From contig CAVVEI010000019.1 of the NCBI GenBank assembly GCA_963747275.1, forward strand, positions 7,454 through 71,453: 64,000 nt of DNA. The letters run 5' to 3'. The notes below the pieces were generated by a model. The model had not been told where the DNA came from and searched no databases. It was given only the letters and a program-made list of their open reading frames with translations. The position numbers were made by a program, and so were the translations under genes. Each line of letters opens with the position of its first letter. Within the stretch, counting starts at the first letter, position 1. Shown here piece after piece: positions 10,801 through 24,565 of the stretch. This DNA comes from an uncultured Actinomycetes bacterium. Lineage in GTDB: Bacteria; Actinomycetota; Thermoleophilia; RBG-16-64-13.

Positions 10801-11031
10801 GAAGGCAAGGGTGGTGCCGTCGGGGGAGAACCGTGCCGCGAATTCCCGGCCGGGATGGCTGGTGAGGCGGACGGCGGTGCCGCCGGCGGTCGTCGCGGTC
10901 CACAGATCTCCCTCGTAGGTAAACACGATGGCTTTCCCGTGGATGTCGGGATAGGTCATCAATCGTCCCTCGTCCGCCGCACGCACCAGAAGAGGGAGGA
11001 AGAAGGCAAGGAGGCATGGGACCGCCGCCAT
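7802..11031 (-). CDS. tricorn protease homolog (S41 family, ~1075 aa; multiple frameshifts)
   Basis: The gene is split over ORFs 10276..11031 (signal peptide, YPDIHGKAIVFTYEGDLW), 9479..10573 (beta-propeller repeats), 8436..9464 (PDZ-like region), 7908..8417 (IIDVRRNSGGW, S41 core) and 7741..8067. The likely real C-terminus EEPFSFPPRPAYPKK stops at 7802-7804 in a shifted frame. Confidence 0.85.
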
Positions 11032-11089
11032 TGTCGGAACATGATACCTCCGGAATGAACGAGAGTGTGAAAAAACGATGGTGAAACTT

Positions 11090-13350
<2,261 letters not shown>

Positions 13351-13545
13351 AGAACTGTTCCTGGTTCGTCGTTACCTATGCATACAATATCCTTTCTTTG
13401 ATGGAAAGAAACAAGGTGAAGAGCAATGTCATGTTGGAACTTATCGAATCGTTCCTTACTATGATATGACGTACAATCAACGCCGGGGAATGCCCTTCTC
13501 CTTCTGGAACGAAAGGCCCTCATCACCATCTGCCGGGGTACTTCC

Positions 13546-14457
13546 ATGAAACGCCGAATCCTTTCTGCACTCGTTCTGTCCCTTGTTCTCCTGACGCTCT
13601 GCTTTGCCCAACAGGAACCCTCCGAGATGGCCGGATGGACAATGGATGTTCATGCAGAATTATCGCGTCGTTCCGAATATCACATACGCCGTAGCGGACA
13701 ACTACGAGTGTAAGCTTGACGTCTATGCCCGCCGGACGCCCGCTGTCATGATGCCGACCGTGATTTCCATCCACGGCGGGGGCTGGGTTGGCGGAACAAA
13801 AGAAGGGGCTCAGCTTACCCTCCTCCCCTATCTCGAAATGGGATTCTCCGTGGTAAATGTCGAATACCGCCTCGCCAGGACTGCTCTCGCTCCGGCCGCC
13901 GTCGAAGACTGCCGGCTCGCACTCCGCTGGGTGTTCAAGAACGCAAGGACCTACGGCTTTGACACGACGCGCATAATCGTGACCGGCGGTTCGGCAGGAG
14001 GGCACCTCGCGCTCATGACGGGAATGCTCGACTCGTCCGCCCTCTTCGACGCGTCACGGGAATGGGACCAGACCAATGTACCGCTCAGGGTGGCGGCCAT
14101 CATCAACTGGTTCGGCATTACCGACGTGAAGGATCTCCTTGCCGGCCCCAACCGGCAGAACTATGCCGTCTCCTGGCTCGGCAGCCAGGCCGACCGGGAC
14201 GAACTTGCCCGGCGTGTTTCGCCCCTGACGTACGTGAGGGGGGGAACTCCCCCATCCTGACCATCCATGGAGACCAGGACGAACTCGTGCCGTACAGCCA
14301 TGCCGTCCGTCTGCACAAAATACTCGAGAAGGCCGGCGTGCCGAATCAACTCCTGACCATCCCCGGGGGGAAGCACGGCGGCTTCAGCCGGGACCAGATG
14401 GTCAACTGCTACGCGACGATCCGGGAGTTCCTGAAGCGGCATGGAGTGTTGCCTTGA
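13546..14457 (+). CDS. secreted alpha/beta hydrolase (esterase/lipase-type; 2 frameshifts)
   Basis: The ATG at 13546 opens a signal peptide MKRRILSALVLSLVLLTLCFAQ. ORF 13604..14260 has ISIHGGGWVGG and TGGSAGGHLAL (HGGG box and GxSxG nucleophile elbow). ORF 14062..14457 has LTIHGDQDELVPYSHAVRLH. Confidence 0.75.
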
Positions 14458-14511
14458 CTATGTCCTGTGAAGCTTGTATCATGGTTCGTTACTCACCACA
14501 CCGGAGGTGTC

Positions 14512-14856
14512 ATGTCCATCAAAACCTCAACGCTTCCTGAAGGCGGCATCGGACTGATAGAGCCACGCGGATCGCTCATCGGCGGCGAAGAGACTGTCGA
14601 ACTCCGCCAGGCGGTGGCGGGATTTGCCGAACGTGACTACACAAAGCTCCTGATCGACCTCAGCCACGTGACGTATCTGAACAGCACCGCCATTGGCGTG
14701 CTGGTTTCCGCCCAGACGACATTCGTCCGCCGTAATGGCAAGGTGAAGCTCTGCGGCATCAACAAGAACATCCAGAACATCTTTGTGATCACGAAGCTGA
14801 CGATGGTGTTTGACGTATACGACACGCGTGCGGAGGCGATCACGAGCTTCACTTAG
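14512..14856 (+). CDS. STAS-domain anti-sigma-factor antagonist-like protein
   Basis: ORF 14467..14856 has a SpoIIAA-like pattern (LLIDLSHVTYLNSTAIGVLVSAQ..., KVKLCGINKNIQNIFVITKL). The start is probably the internal MSIKTS at 14512. Confidence 0.7.
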   Translation: MSIKTSTLPEGGIGLIEPRGSLIGGEETVELRQAVAGFAERDYTKLLIDLSHVTYLNSTAIGVLVSAQTTFVRRNGKVKLCGINKNIQNIFVITKLTMVFDVYDTRAEAITSFT

Positions 14857-14865
14857 GCTTCCTAT

Positions 14866-16965
14866 GCAGTGCCCAGCCTGTGCGACGGAGATCCCGGAGC
14901 ACTCCCGCTTCTGCCTGCATTGCGGCACGACGCTCGGCCCCACGCCGAATCCGAACCGGCCCTCGCATTGACGGCTTTTCCCTTCTGCAGCGTTACATTC
15001 CTCGCGATCTGGCGGAACGCATTCTTGCCGCCGGAAGACAGATCGAGAGCGAACGCCGCCTGGTGACCGTCCTCTTTGCCGATGTCACGGGGTTTACCGC
15101 CCTCTCCGAAAAAATGGATCCCGAAGACCTGTCGGCGGTCCTGAATGAATGCTTCTCCGGACTGGTCTCCGTCGTTCTGCGGTATGAGGGGACCATTGAC
15201 AAGTTCATCGGCGATGGGATCATGGCGATTTTCGGGGCGCCGCTCGCCCATGAGAACGATCCCGAACGGGCGGTCCGGTGCGCACTGGACATGGTGGCCG
15301 ACATCGAGCGGTTCAATGCCCACCGTTCGAATGATCTTTCCGGTCCGCTCGGTCTGCATGTCGGCCTGCATTCCGGCATGGTCATCGCCGGGAACGTGGG
15401 AAGTGATCTGCGCATGAATTATTCGGTCATCGGCGATACGGTGAACCTTGCCTCGCGGCTGGTGGAGATCGCGCCGCGCGGGGAGATATACCTTTCGACC
15501 GAGACGCACAAGCTGGTTGCGGATGTGGTGATCGCCGATGGTCCCATTCACGGTCACCCTCCGCGGCAAGATCGCGCCCGGTGGAGGTCTATCAGCTGCC
15601 GGGCGCTGAAGGCGGAAGCCGACCGGAAAGCCGCCGTGATCGGGAAGGACCAGTTCGTCGGCCGGCGCGTCGAGCTCGAAATCATCGGGCGAAACCTGGA
15701 TGCCATGCTGCGGAAAGCCCACGCATGGCCGCCTGGGCATCCGCGGGCGAAGCGGGCGTCGGCAAGTCGCGCCTGAAGGCGGAGCTGATCAGCATGCCTA
15801 CCAGCGCGGTATCGCAACCGTCGAGGGGGCCTGTTCCAGTTTCGAAACGAGCACACGCCGTACTACGTCTGGTCGGTCCTTCTCCGGAACCTCCTCCGGC
15901 TCCGGAGCGATGCATCCGAGGCCCTGATCCGGGAGCGGCTCCATGCAACAGCTGCAGCGTTCGGGCTGGAGCGACCACGACACCGTATCTTGCCACACTG
16001 CTGTCGGTACGCTACGAAGAGATCATGATGGTGGATGATAAGGTCCGCAAGCAACGGATCTTCTAGGCCGTGCGCACGCTGCTGACCGCGGTCTCCTCCG
16101 CCGGCCTGATGGTCTTCATCCTCGAGGACCTGCACTGGATCGACCGCTTCTCCCAGGAATTGCTGGAGTACGTCCTGGGCCGCGAGCCGCAGCGGTGCCC
16201 TCTCTCTTTGTGCTCACGTTCCGGGATGAGTATCCCCTGTGCGGCTGATCGAAGGAACGGAACTGATCGATCTGAACCGGCTGGACCGTGAGGATGCGCG
16301 CCGCCGATCCTGTACCGGCTGGACGCGGACAGCGTGCGCCGGAGGTGGAGGAGTTCGTCCTGCAGCGGTCGGAAGGGAATCCCTTCTTCATCCAGGAGAT
16401 CATCAAGACGCTGCTGGACAAGAAGATCGTCAGCCGTCCGCAGGCGGAAGGCCGAACTGCTGACGGACAATATCGAGGCCGGTGTGCCGGGCACGATTCA
16501 GGGCATCATCATGGCGCGGATCGACCGCCTGCAGGACAGCATCAAGGAAGTGCTGTTCGGTGCATCGGTGATCGGCCGTGAATTCTCCCGGCCGCTGCTT
16601 GAAGCACGTCGTGGGGAAGCAGCCCGACCTCGTCCCCACCCTCGCACGAGCTGCGCTCGCTGGAGCTCATCCTCGAGAACGACGAGGCGCGGGAATTCGA
16701 ATATCTGTTCAAACACTTCCTTATCCAGGAAGTGGCGTACAACACGATGCTCGTGAACAAGCGGAAGGAACTGCACGCGTCGATCGCCCATGCGATCGAG
16801 ACGCTCTATCCCGACCGGCTGGTGGAGTACTACGAACTGCTGGCGTTCCACTACGAAAAAGCGGAACTGTGGGACAAGGCGGCGGAGTACCTCAGCCGGT
16901 CCGGGCACAAGGTGCGGCAGATGTATTCGCGGGAGGAATCGGAAGGTTTCTTCGAACGCACGTGA
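14866..16965 (+). CDS. zinc-ribbon / class III adenylate-guanylate cyclase / AAA-ATPase / TPR-like signalling protein (many frameshifts)
   Basis: MQCPACATEIPEHSRFCLHCG starts at 14866. The cyclase core reads VTVLFADVTGFTALSE and KFIGDGIMAIFGAP (ORF 14880..15776). The P-loop GEAGVGKSRL lies at ~15750. The downstream helical region reads RSEGNPFFIQEIIKTL, IMARIDRL, YLFKHFLIQEVAYNT and YYELLAFHYEKAELWDKAAEYL. Confidence 0.75.
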
Positions 16966-17660
16966 AGTTGCGGTCAAGAAGCTGTACCAGTCGGACAGCG
17001 CCAAAGCGGGTCTCCGCGCCACGCTCAAGGCGATTGCGCTGCCCGCTGCTGGCCATGCTCGTGCCGATTCTTCCCATCTTCTTTCGTCACGCTTCGTGGG
17101 GACATCCCAGAGCGTGAACGTGCTGGGCCGAGCAGCTGGTGATTGGCCGGGGCATCATCCTCGTGCTGGTGTGGTATGCGCTCTCTCTCTGGTATCTCGG
17201 CGTTGTGCCGTTCCTGCGGGGAAGCCACCGAAGCTATACGACCTGATGGAAGACCGGATCCGGATCATCTTCAGGGACGGGACCAATCCATCACCGTTCA
17301 TTTCTCGGAGATCGACGAGCTGCGGCTGTGGGATGCCAAGACCAATGTCCTGCGGCCGCTGCGGTACCGTCTCTGGATCCGTTCGGGCGGCTGGACGGAG
17401 ACCCAATCGCTGACGGTGCGGACATGGTTGCGGGAAGTGTCTGGGGAACATTCTCCCGCCGTATTCATTCGGGGTGGGGACCGGCAAGGCTGAGATCCAT
17501 ATCCGGCTCAACGGCGGGGCGACCGGGACCACGGTTCTTCTTCCCGTGGGTGAACACCGCCATGCGCAGCAAGCTCCTGAGCATCCATCCGTCCGATACG
17601 AAGGAGTTCTATGTCCAGTGTGAAGTGGCGTTCATGAAATGGGGAAAGCAGCAGATATGA
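16966..17660 (+). CDS. possible two-TM membrane protein with a bacterial PH-like (DUF304-like) C-terminal domain, frameshifted; could instead be the tail of the preceding gene
   Basis: Hydrophobic stretches LLAMLVPILPIFF and IILVLVWYALSLWYLGVVPFL are followed by KLYDLMEDRIRIIFRDG and ITVHFSEIDELRLWDAK, spread over three frames. The terminal ORF ends in FMKWGKQQI at 17660. The family assignment is weak. Confidence 0.3.
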
Positions 17661-17670
17661 CCGACTCCGG

Positions 17671-18355
17671 ATGAGCACGGCGTTCCGTGTGCGCCTCGCG
17701 CTCTGTGTTGCGTGGCTTGCTGGAGCGCGGCAGGCGGGCGCAGGTACGCGACTCCGGCAAGCGCGGGAGCTCGTGGAGATGGTGACGCTCGATTCCACGA
17801 TCCATCTCGACATCCGGTACGCGACCCCGACAACTTCATGGGCAGGCCGATGTACTCGCAGGCGCAGGGCGTTTCTGCAGCGCCCCGCGGCGGAAGCGCT
17901 CGTCCGCGTCGCTCCGGACGCTGCGCGGCGCAGGGGTACGGGCTTCTGGTCTTTGACGGGTACCGACCCTGGTCGGTAACCAAGGAATTCTGGGACGAGA
18001 CACCGCCGGCGAAACGGAAATTCGTAGCGAACCCGAAGAAAGGGTCGAAACATAATCGCGGATGTGCGGTGGATCTGACGCTGTATGATCTGCGGACCGG
18101 CCGGGAAGTGCGATGCCGAGCGGCTACGATGATTTCAGCGAGAAGGCCTCAAGTCGTTATCCGGGCGGGACGGCGGAAGCAGCGGCGGCATGCGGGGGCT
18201 CCTGCGGACCGCCATGGAAAAGGAAGGGTTTCGCGTGGAGCCCGGGCGAGTGGTGGCATTTCGATTACCGGGAGTGGCGGCGCTATCCCTTGCTGGACAT
18301 CCCGTTTGAAAAGTTGTCCCCGCCTGTTCCTGCTCCCGTGCCCGCTCTCCGTTAG
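17671..18355 (+). CDS. D-alanyl-D-alanine dipeptidase (VanX/DdpX, M15D; frameshifted)
   Basis: Diagnostic fragments are TIHLDIRYATPDNFMGRPMY, LLVFDGYRPWSV, SKHNRGCAVDLTLYDL and GEWWHFDY, found across ORFs 17671..17979, 17712..18494 and 18113..18355. Confidence 0.8.
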
Positions 18356-18379
18356 AGGGCCGGTCCAGAACCCCGCAAC

Positions 18380-19755
18380 TCATCCATCATCGCAGAGCCA
18401 CACGGAAAATCCTTCCACCGGGGGCGATCTTGTCCATAGTAACACTTCCGGCCTCCGGCATAAGGCCATAGGTCTGAAATTCTCTCCGGGGTGATTCTCT
18501 CCCGGCGGAGAAAACGCCGCAAGAATCTCCACCGTAGACGTTCCCGGAAACATGTCCACTGGGACTGCCCGCGTGAGCGTGTAGCCGGATGTCCTCCAGC
18601 GGTTCACTTCTGCGGCGACCAGGTCGATGTTGCAGAATATGTGGACGACAAGGCCCGGACCAGAGGCTGCGATGGTTTCCAGCACTCCCTCGGCCGTTCC
18701 CCGCGTGGCGGGTCGAGCAGCACACGGTCTTCCCTGCGGCACTGCCGGAGGAGTGTGTGGACCGCATCTGCGTTCAGATTGTTCCTGACAAAACGGGTCT
18801 GAGCGAGCCCGAAGTGCTTTGCATTCTCCTGTGCGGCATCGATCGCATCGGGAGAGATATCGGCGCCCACAACCCGGCGAACACGCCCGGCGAGCGAGAG
18901 GCCGAATAACCCGTACCCGCAATACAGATCGTACAGTGTGCCGGAGAGCGGGCTGCCGAGAAGCAGGGCGGTTTGCTCGACCATACCATCGAGCATTCCC
19001 TGGTTCACCTGCGAGAAAGCCAGAGGTCCGTACACAAATCGTCTGCCCGCAGTGCGATGCGAGAGGGTTTTCGATCCGTACAGTCGCAGGAGTTTCCCGG
19101 GTGCACCGGCCGTGCGTGTTCCGAGGTAGTACCGCCCGCCTGAATCATCTTCATAGAGAAACACGCCGGCCACAGGCAACCCTGAAGCCGTGAGTCCTTT
19201 TGATACCGCATTGGCCGCCTTCACCACATCCCGTTCAATCTGGCGGACGGTGAGCAGGGCGATACATTCCCGGTCGTTCCCCTTCAGTACGACATACTGC
19301 AGCATTTCCTGAAGCGCTCCTGCCTGCGGGCGGGCGAGCAGTTCTCCGACACGGCGGTAGACCGCGGCGTGCCATTCCGGTTCAATTGCACATTGCAGGA
19401 CAGGCACGGCTCCGCCGCTCTCTCCTTCCGGATCAATTAATCCCAGAATCCGGTCACGTCCGGCGTGGAACAGCTTCCGTTTGCTGATGGTCCTGTAGCC
19501 CCGTCCGCGCGATGAAGGAATCAGCGGGTCGAGCGGGCAGGAGGGGACGGATGCGGACCAGAACTGCTGGAGGGCGGTCTCTTTGGCCCGGACCTCATCC
19601 TCATACGAGAGACGGGAGGCCCAGCAGAGCCGGCAGATCTCCCCTTTGGGTGTGCGGCAGGTTGACCCTTGCGGGGCGAAAGAGCCCGGACGCACGGCAA
19701 GTGCGGTACGGGTCCAGATGTCGTCGAAGCGTTCCATGGGCATAAATATACCCAA
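18380..19755 (-). CDS. class I SAM-dependent RNA methyltransferase (TrmA/RumA-like; frameshift near 18780, 3' end uncertain)
   Basis: ORF 18604..19755 has TLYDLYCGYGLFGLSLA (SAM motif I) and VLLDPPRG. The shifted frame (18380..18922) continues GTAEGVLETIAASGPGLVVHIFCN and VDMFPGTSTVEILAAF. Confidence 0.7.
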
Positions 19756-19875
19756 AAAAGAGGTGAGAAGATCTTCGAGAAGGTCTGGGGGAAAGCGGAC
19801 CCGATCTACAAGGAGCCGGCGGATGCAAGGGCGAGGTTGGCGAAGTTGAAGCGGGGATAAATGGTCAGCGTCTAC

Positions 19876-20391
19876 AGGTCGCCTTTGATCGATTCGAGCT
19901 CCTGAAGGAGATCCCGCCCGACGAACCTCACGAAAGGTCGGGAGCCACAGCTTCAGGTATGTTTCGTCAAGGTGCTTCTGGTGAGCGACGAATCGCCCCG
20001 GACATCTTCAAGGTCCCTCGGACGCCCTGCAACCAGCTTATGGATGATCAGATCCTCAGCAGTCGCGAATCGGACGGGAGTATTCAACACGCTGAGGGAT
20101 GTGGCGCGCTCTATTGCCTGCGCCTCGTAGGGTGTGAAGGAGAAGATCAGATCGACCCGAATTGCAGCCGGTTCCTCAGAGAGGGGCAGAACATTGGTCT
20201 TCTGGACGAACTGCTCGACGCTCACTGAACCGACAGGCGTCAGGCCGATACTCTCAGCTACGGCAAGGACCCGAGTCAACGCACTGCTGTCTGACACCCA
20301 GGGTGATGTCGATATCCCGAGTGAGGCGAGGTTCGCCGTGGAGCAGGACCGCCTGGCCCCCGATCACCATGTAAGGGTATGCCGGCTCCAT
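19876..20391 (-). CDS. nucleotidyltransferase-fold protein (MNT/AbiEii-like toxin-antitoxin component; 2 frameshifts)
   Basis: Reading from the ATG at 20389-20391 gives MEPAYPYMVIGGQAVLLHGEPRLTRDIDITLGV. ORF 19953..20297 continues with VRFATAEDLIIHKLVAGRPRDLEDVRG. The tail, in a shifted frame, ends near 19876. Confidence 0.5.
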
Positions 20392-20408
20392 CCAGTGCCC
20401 GGGCGAGC

Positions 20409-20684
20409 TTAGCGAGGAGGGTTTGAAACATTGGCGTTCAGTTGAGCGGCAAGACGCACATCGTCTTCCAGACCGAGTGGCAAATCGTGCTGAGCTAAAA
20501 TGTCCGAACAGACGGGCCTCTTCATAGAGCGCATCGAGGATCGCAAACTTCTCCTCAAAAGCGAGAGGATGCTCCGTCAGCCAGTTTCCGTTTCTGACGA
20601 GTCGAAATATTCGGCGTTTTTTACCATATACTCAACATACGCAGAAACGAGCCCGCTTATCAACTCGATGGACAACGGACTCAT
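20409..20684 (-). CDS. small hypothetical protein immediately upstream of the nucleotidyltransferase gene (one frameshift)
   Basis: My translation of the minus strand gives MSPLSIELISGLVSAYVEYMVKNAEYF followed, after a shift, by KFAILDALYEEARLFGHF and LEDDVRLAAQLNANV. Its stop lies 17 nt before the nucleotidyltransferase ATG. No family recognised. Confidence 0.35.
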
Positions 20685-20699
20685 GTCCCGCCGCTGTTA

Positions 20700-21062
20700 T
20701 TACGCCAGCAGCCGCTTGATTGAGAGCTCGAGGTAGTCCAGGTCGAACGGTTTGGTGATATATTCGTCTGCACCCAGCAGCATGCTTTCCGAACCCACAG
20801 AAAACCCCAACCGTCCGGTCAGCATAATGACCTTGGTGGGCAGCTTCTGCTCCCTGATGTACTTCAGCACATCGATGCCCGTCTTGCGCGGCATGTTGAT
20901 GTCCAGCAGTGCAACATGATATTGCTCCTTCTGGAGTTGCGCGATGGCCGCTTCCCCGTCCTCGGCTTCATCGATCAGATACCCCGACGCTCCCAATTGC
21001 TCATGCAGAAGTCTGCGGAGAGGTTCTTCATCATCAGCGACAAGTATCCTGGTCTGTGCCAT
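20700..21062 (-). CDS. stand-alone response regulator receiver domain
   Basis: ORF 20700..21164 contains RILVADDEEPLRRLL, the phospho-acceptor context VALLDINMP, and ITKPFDLDYLELSIKRLL. The start is probably the MAQTR codon at 21062. No kinase is adjacent. Confidence 0.85.
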   Translation of the reverse strand: MAQTRILVADDEEPLRRLLHEQLGASGYLIDEAEDGEAAIAQLQKEQYHVALLDINMPRKTGIDVLKYIREQKLPTKVIMLTGRLGFSVGSESMLLGADEYITKPFDLDYLELSIKRLLA

Positions 21063-21230
21063 GGTGTGCATTCTTCCCCAAAGTCCACCGTATATAGGGA
21101 TTCTCCCGCATAAATGCAACCTTGCGGGTAGTATCAAACCCGATGCCACCCGGATCGGAAGCATGAATCAGACGTGCTTCCGAGACAGCTCCGGGGCATC
21201 GGTGCGTTGGAAGCAAGATGGACCTGAAGC

Positions 21231-23549
21231 ATGGATGGATCCAGAGCAATGAGAAGTCCAGGAAGGAGCACGAGGTCATTCATGAACCGGCACAGGCGCC
21301 GCACGGTTGTCCTGCTGTGCCTGCTTTTCGTCATCGCACTTTTCATCACAGCAGAAGAAATCCCCGCGCAGGAGCAGACGATCGTCTTCCGGGAGACGTT
21401 TGATAAACTGATACCACCAGGCTTGCCCGCCGGGTGGCGTTCTTCACAGGCGAGGAATGCAGGAATCAACGATTTCTCGACGACATCATCGAGTCCCGCT
21501 TCAACTCCCAATGCGGTGCTGGCGGCAAATGCGACCACCGCACAATGGCTGGCCGGGCCGGTTATTACCTGCGGACCCGAAGAGGCCGAACGCCTTCAGT
21601 TTATGGTCCGCAGGTCAGGTACATTCGGCGCTGCCGTGGCAGTGGAGGTCTCACTGGATAGCGGACGGTCCTACCCGCACTCTGCCGGGACTTTGCCCAA
21701 AACGCTCGGGGCCGGGGCGTATCAGGCATGCGAGATCATGCTGCCACAGGTCTGCGCAAGTGCTGCAGCCGTGTCGTTTCGCTGGCGCATTCTTCCTGAT
21801 TCCACGGGAACAAGCGGGACGATCCGCTTTGATGACGTTGTCCTCCGGGCACACACGGTAGCTCCCGTAGCCGGGGATTCACTGGTTATCAACGAAATCA
21901 TGTACACACCCGGTGCGCAGGAACCGGAGTGGATCGAGGTGTACAACAGAGGAAGAGGGCCGGTTGATCTGCGCGACTGGCTGATCGCCGATGCATTGAC
22001 GAGTTCGGGAAAGAGAATCACCGTCTCTCCGGTGCTCGTTCAGTCGGAAGGCTGTGCGGTGCTTACGGGAGATTCGGCAGGCCTCCTGCATGTACGGCGG
22101 GACATTCCTTCGCGGGTGGTCCCCGTGGCGGGATTCCCCTCGTTGAACAACAGCGGGGACATGATCCGTCTCTTCGATGCGTCCGGAAGTCAGGTTGACA
22201 GTGTCGCCTATTTCCCTGTGTGGGGCGGAGGAGTCTCGGTTTCGCTGGAGCGGATTGACCCGTTCGGGCCATCCGGAGCGACATCCAACTGGGCGACCTG
22301 CATCGACTCCGCTGGAGCGACACCGGGTCGTCCGAATAGCGTCCGGATGCGCAATAGCGATTTGCATGCCGGCCGGTTGATGATCGTTGACGATCCCCTG
22401 AACAAACAGGTGACCATACGTACGCTGGTGCACAATGCCGGCAGGCAGTCAGGCGGAAGCTGCATTGTGCGTATCTTTGACAACCTCCGCCGGGACAGTG
22501 TGGCCAACGCGGAAGAGATGCTCACGTCAATTGCGCTGCCGGAATCCATTGCTCCGGGCGATTCTGCATGGTCCGAGGGAGTTCTTTCGGATCCGGTGCC
22601 CGGGAAGCACCTGCTCGGTGGCGTTCGTGGAATACGGTCCTGACGAACTTTCCGCAAATAACGTTTCTGCGACCGAAGTGTGCTTTCCCATCCCCTCCGG
22701 GGCTCTCTGCATAAATGAAATCCTGTTTGCGCCTCTCGCCGGCATGGCGGAGTATGTAGAACTCCTGAATGTGAGCGGCACCACGCTGGATCTCTGGGAC
22801 TGCTGCATAAGCGACCGCCCGACACCTTCGGGGAGTCTCAATCGCTGGATGCTGTCTTCCATGCCGAATCGTCTGGAGCCGGGTGAGTTCTTTGTGCTGG
22901 CATCGGACTCGAGCATCTTTTCCTGGTTTCCCCCGTTGCAGGCGCACCGGGACCGTTGCCAATGGTACGGACAGTCAAGCGGACTGGGGTTTCAACAATG
23001 ATGGGGATGCGGTCGTGGTGTTGGGGCCGGACGGTAGGCGGATCGACAGTGTAGAATACTCTTCCTCCTGGCACTCAAAGGACATATCCGAAACAGCCGG
23101 ACGTTCGTTGGAGAAAATCCACCCCGCACTGGACAGTCGTGATTTCCGGAACTGGGGGTCTAGTGTGAACCCGTATGGTGGCACGCCGGGTTTCTGGAAT
23201 AGCATCGCGGTGGAGCGCTTACCGACCGGCCGCACAGCTCTCATGCGCACCTAATCCATTCTCTCCCGATGGAGACGGTCGGGATGATGTCGTCGTCATC
23301 CGCCATCAGATGCCGATCAGGTCCGGACTCGTGCGGATCCGTTTGTTTGACGTCCGGGGCCGGAAGATCCGGGAGCTCCTGAACAGCGTTCCTGCCGGGG
23401 CGTACGGGGAGGTGGTGTGGGACGGACGGGACGATGAGGGGCGGTTTGCGCGAATCGGGATCTATGTGGTTTTTCTGGAAGGAATTGACGGGCAGGGAGG
23501 AATTGTGGTGTCCGCCAGGACCACCGTTGTACTGGCGAGGCGTTTATGA
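21231..23549 (+). CDS. secreted protein with two lamin-tail (LTD) domains and a FlgD-Ig/T9SS-like C-terminal domain (3 frameshifts)
   Basis: Signal/anchor region is RRRTVVLLCLLFVIALFI. LTD 1 reads LVINEIMYTPGAQEPEWIEVYN and FPSLNNSGDMIRLFD. LTD 2 reads CINEILFAPLAGMAEYVELLN and GFNNDGDAVVVLGPDG. The C-terminus reads PNPFSPDGDGRDDVVVI, VVWDGRDDEGR and ends VVLARRL at 23549. Confidence 0.7.
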
Positions 23550-24565
23550 TCTAGAAATCGAAAAATACACCCACGAGGCTGAAGTTGGACTTCGCAGATA
23601 AAACTGGCCACGATCGTCAATGCCCGTGCGGTATGTGTAGGTGATACGCAGCGCACTTCCGTTGCGTTCGAAGAGTTTGATGCCGATCTGGTAGCTCTGT
23701 GTGGATCCCCAGGCCACCTCCGATTTCAACTTGAGGTCCAGGGCCGCATAGATCCGCACTTCGGGCCAGAGAAGAACATTGCCTGCTTCGAAACCGCATT
23801 GTACCACCCAGTGTTTCGACTCCTCGGGAAGCGAATGAAAGTCCCAACGTCCCCCGCCGTACACATGTCCGCCGATGAGGGGCAGCGTGAACGCGCCGAG
23901 GAGTGTGACGAAGTCTTTTGCGTAGTTCACCGATCGCTTCTGAAGGATTTCGATTCCGTCGTCCACGAGGTGCGCGCTGAAATGCCCGTAGCCTGTGCGG
24001 AGCACGAGAGTTTCGGACACCTTGATGTCCACGGGGAAGTCCACGGAAAAGTCAGCGGTGACGACCTGCAGCACACCCGGTTCCCGGAGAATGCTGGTGT
24101 GGACTGTAGCCCCAATCCCGGCTTGTACGGCGTGTCCGCAAAACGTCACCTCCAGCACAGGTCGCAGTGCACCAATGTGACCGAACCACTGGCGTGTCAG
24201 AAGATCCTTGTCTATACCGAGCTGGTGAGTTGTACCGTCGGCGGGCAGGCGCGGGAAGAGACGTTCTTGGGGAAGGCGGAGAATTGCACATGACCGCGGG
24301 TGGTGTCCGGCAATTGTGCCGGCAACGGCGATCGGAGGAGCGCCAGCGCCAGCAGCACGCTCACCGTGCTGACACACCGCCCATGTGCGAAGTTGTGGTG
24401 GCTGTGACGCCATCCATGTGAGAGGTCCCGGCGGCCGAAACGCCGTCCGTGCGTGAAATGCCGGGGGCTGAGAGGCCATCCAGGTGCGAAGCGGCAACCG
24501 CTGGAGCGCCATCCACGCGCAGAGTGGCGGCGGAAGGTGGCGGAGAAGTTCTGGAGAAAGGTCAT
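23544..24565 (-). CDS. DUF1207-like outer-membrane protein with an unusual repeat-containing 5' region (frameshift ~24330)
   Basis: ORF 23544..24512 carries the C-terminal body (RLFPRLPADGT, TGYGHFSAHLVDD, TGIDDRGQFYLR). ORF 24212..24565 supplies a hydrophobic signal-like stretch VSVLLALALL preceded by His/Arg/Trp-rich repeats. Its ATG overlaps the upstream GNAT stop (ATGA). Confidence 0.5.
24379..24541. repeat. five imperfect tandem ~33-bp repeats (plus-strand core cgccatccaNgtgcgaag)
   Basis: Unit starts are near 24379, 24409, 24442, 24476 and 24508. Each contains (c)gcc(a/g)tcc(a/g)(t/g/c)g(t/c)g(c/a)g(a/t)(a/g). The repeats lie between the GNAT stop and the DUF1207 signal-peptide codons. 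Confidence 0.6.

Noticed and set aside
19669-19860. Small plus-strand ORF (63 aa) between the methyltransferase and the nucleotidyltransferase genes
   Set aside because: Most of it is antisense to the methyltransferase 5' end. There is no convincing start/SD combination for the non-overlapping tail and no recognisable motif.
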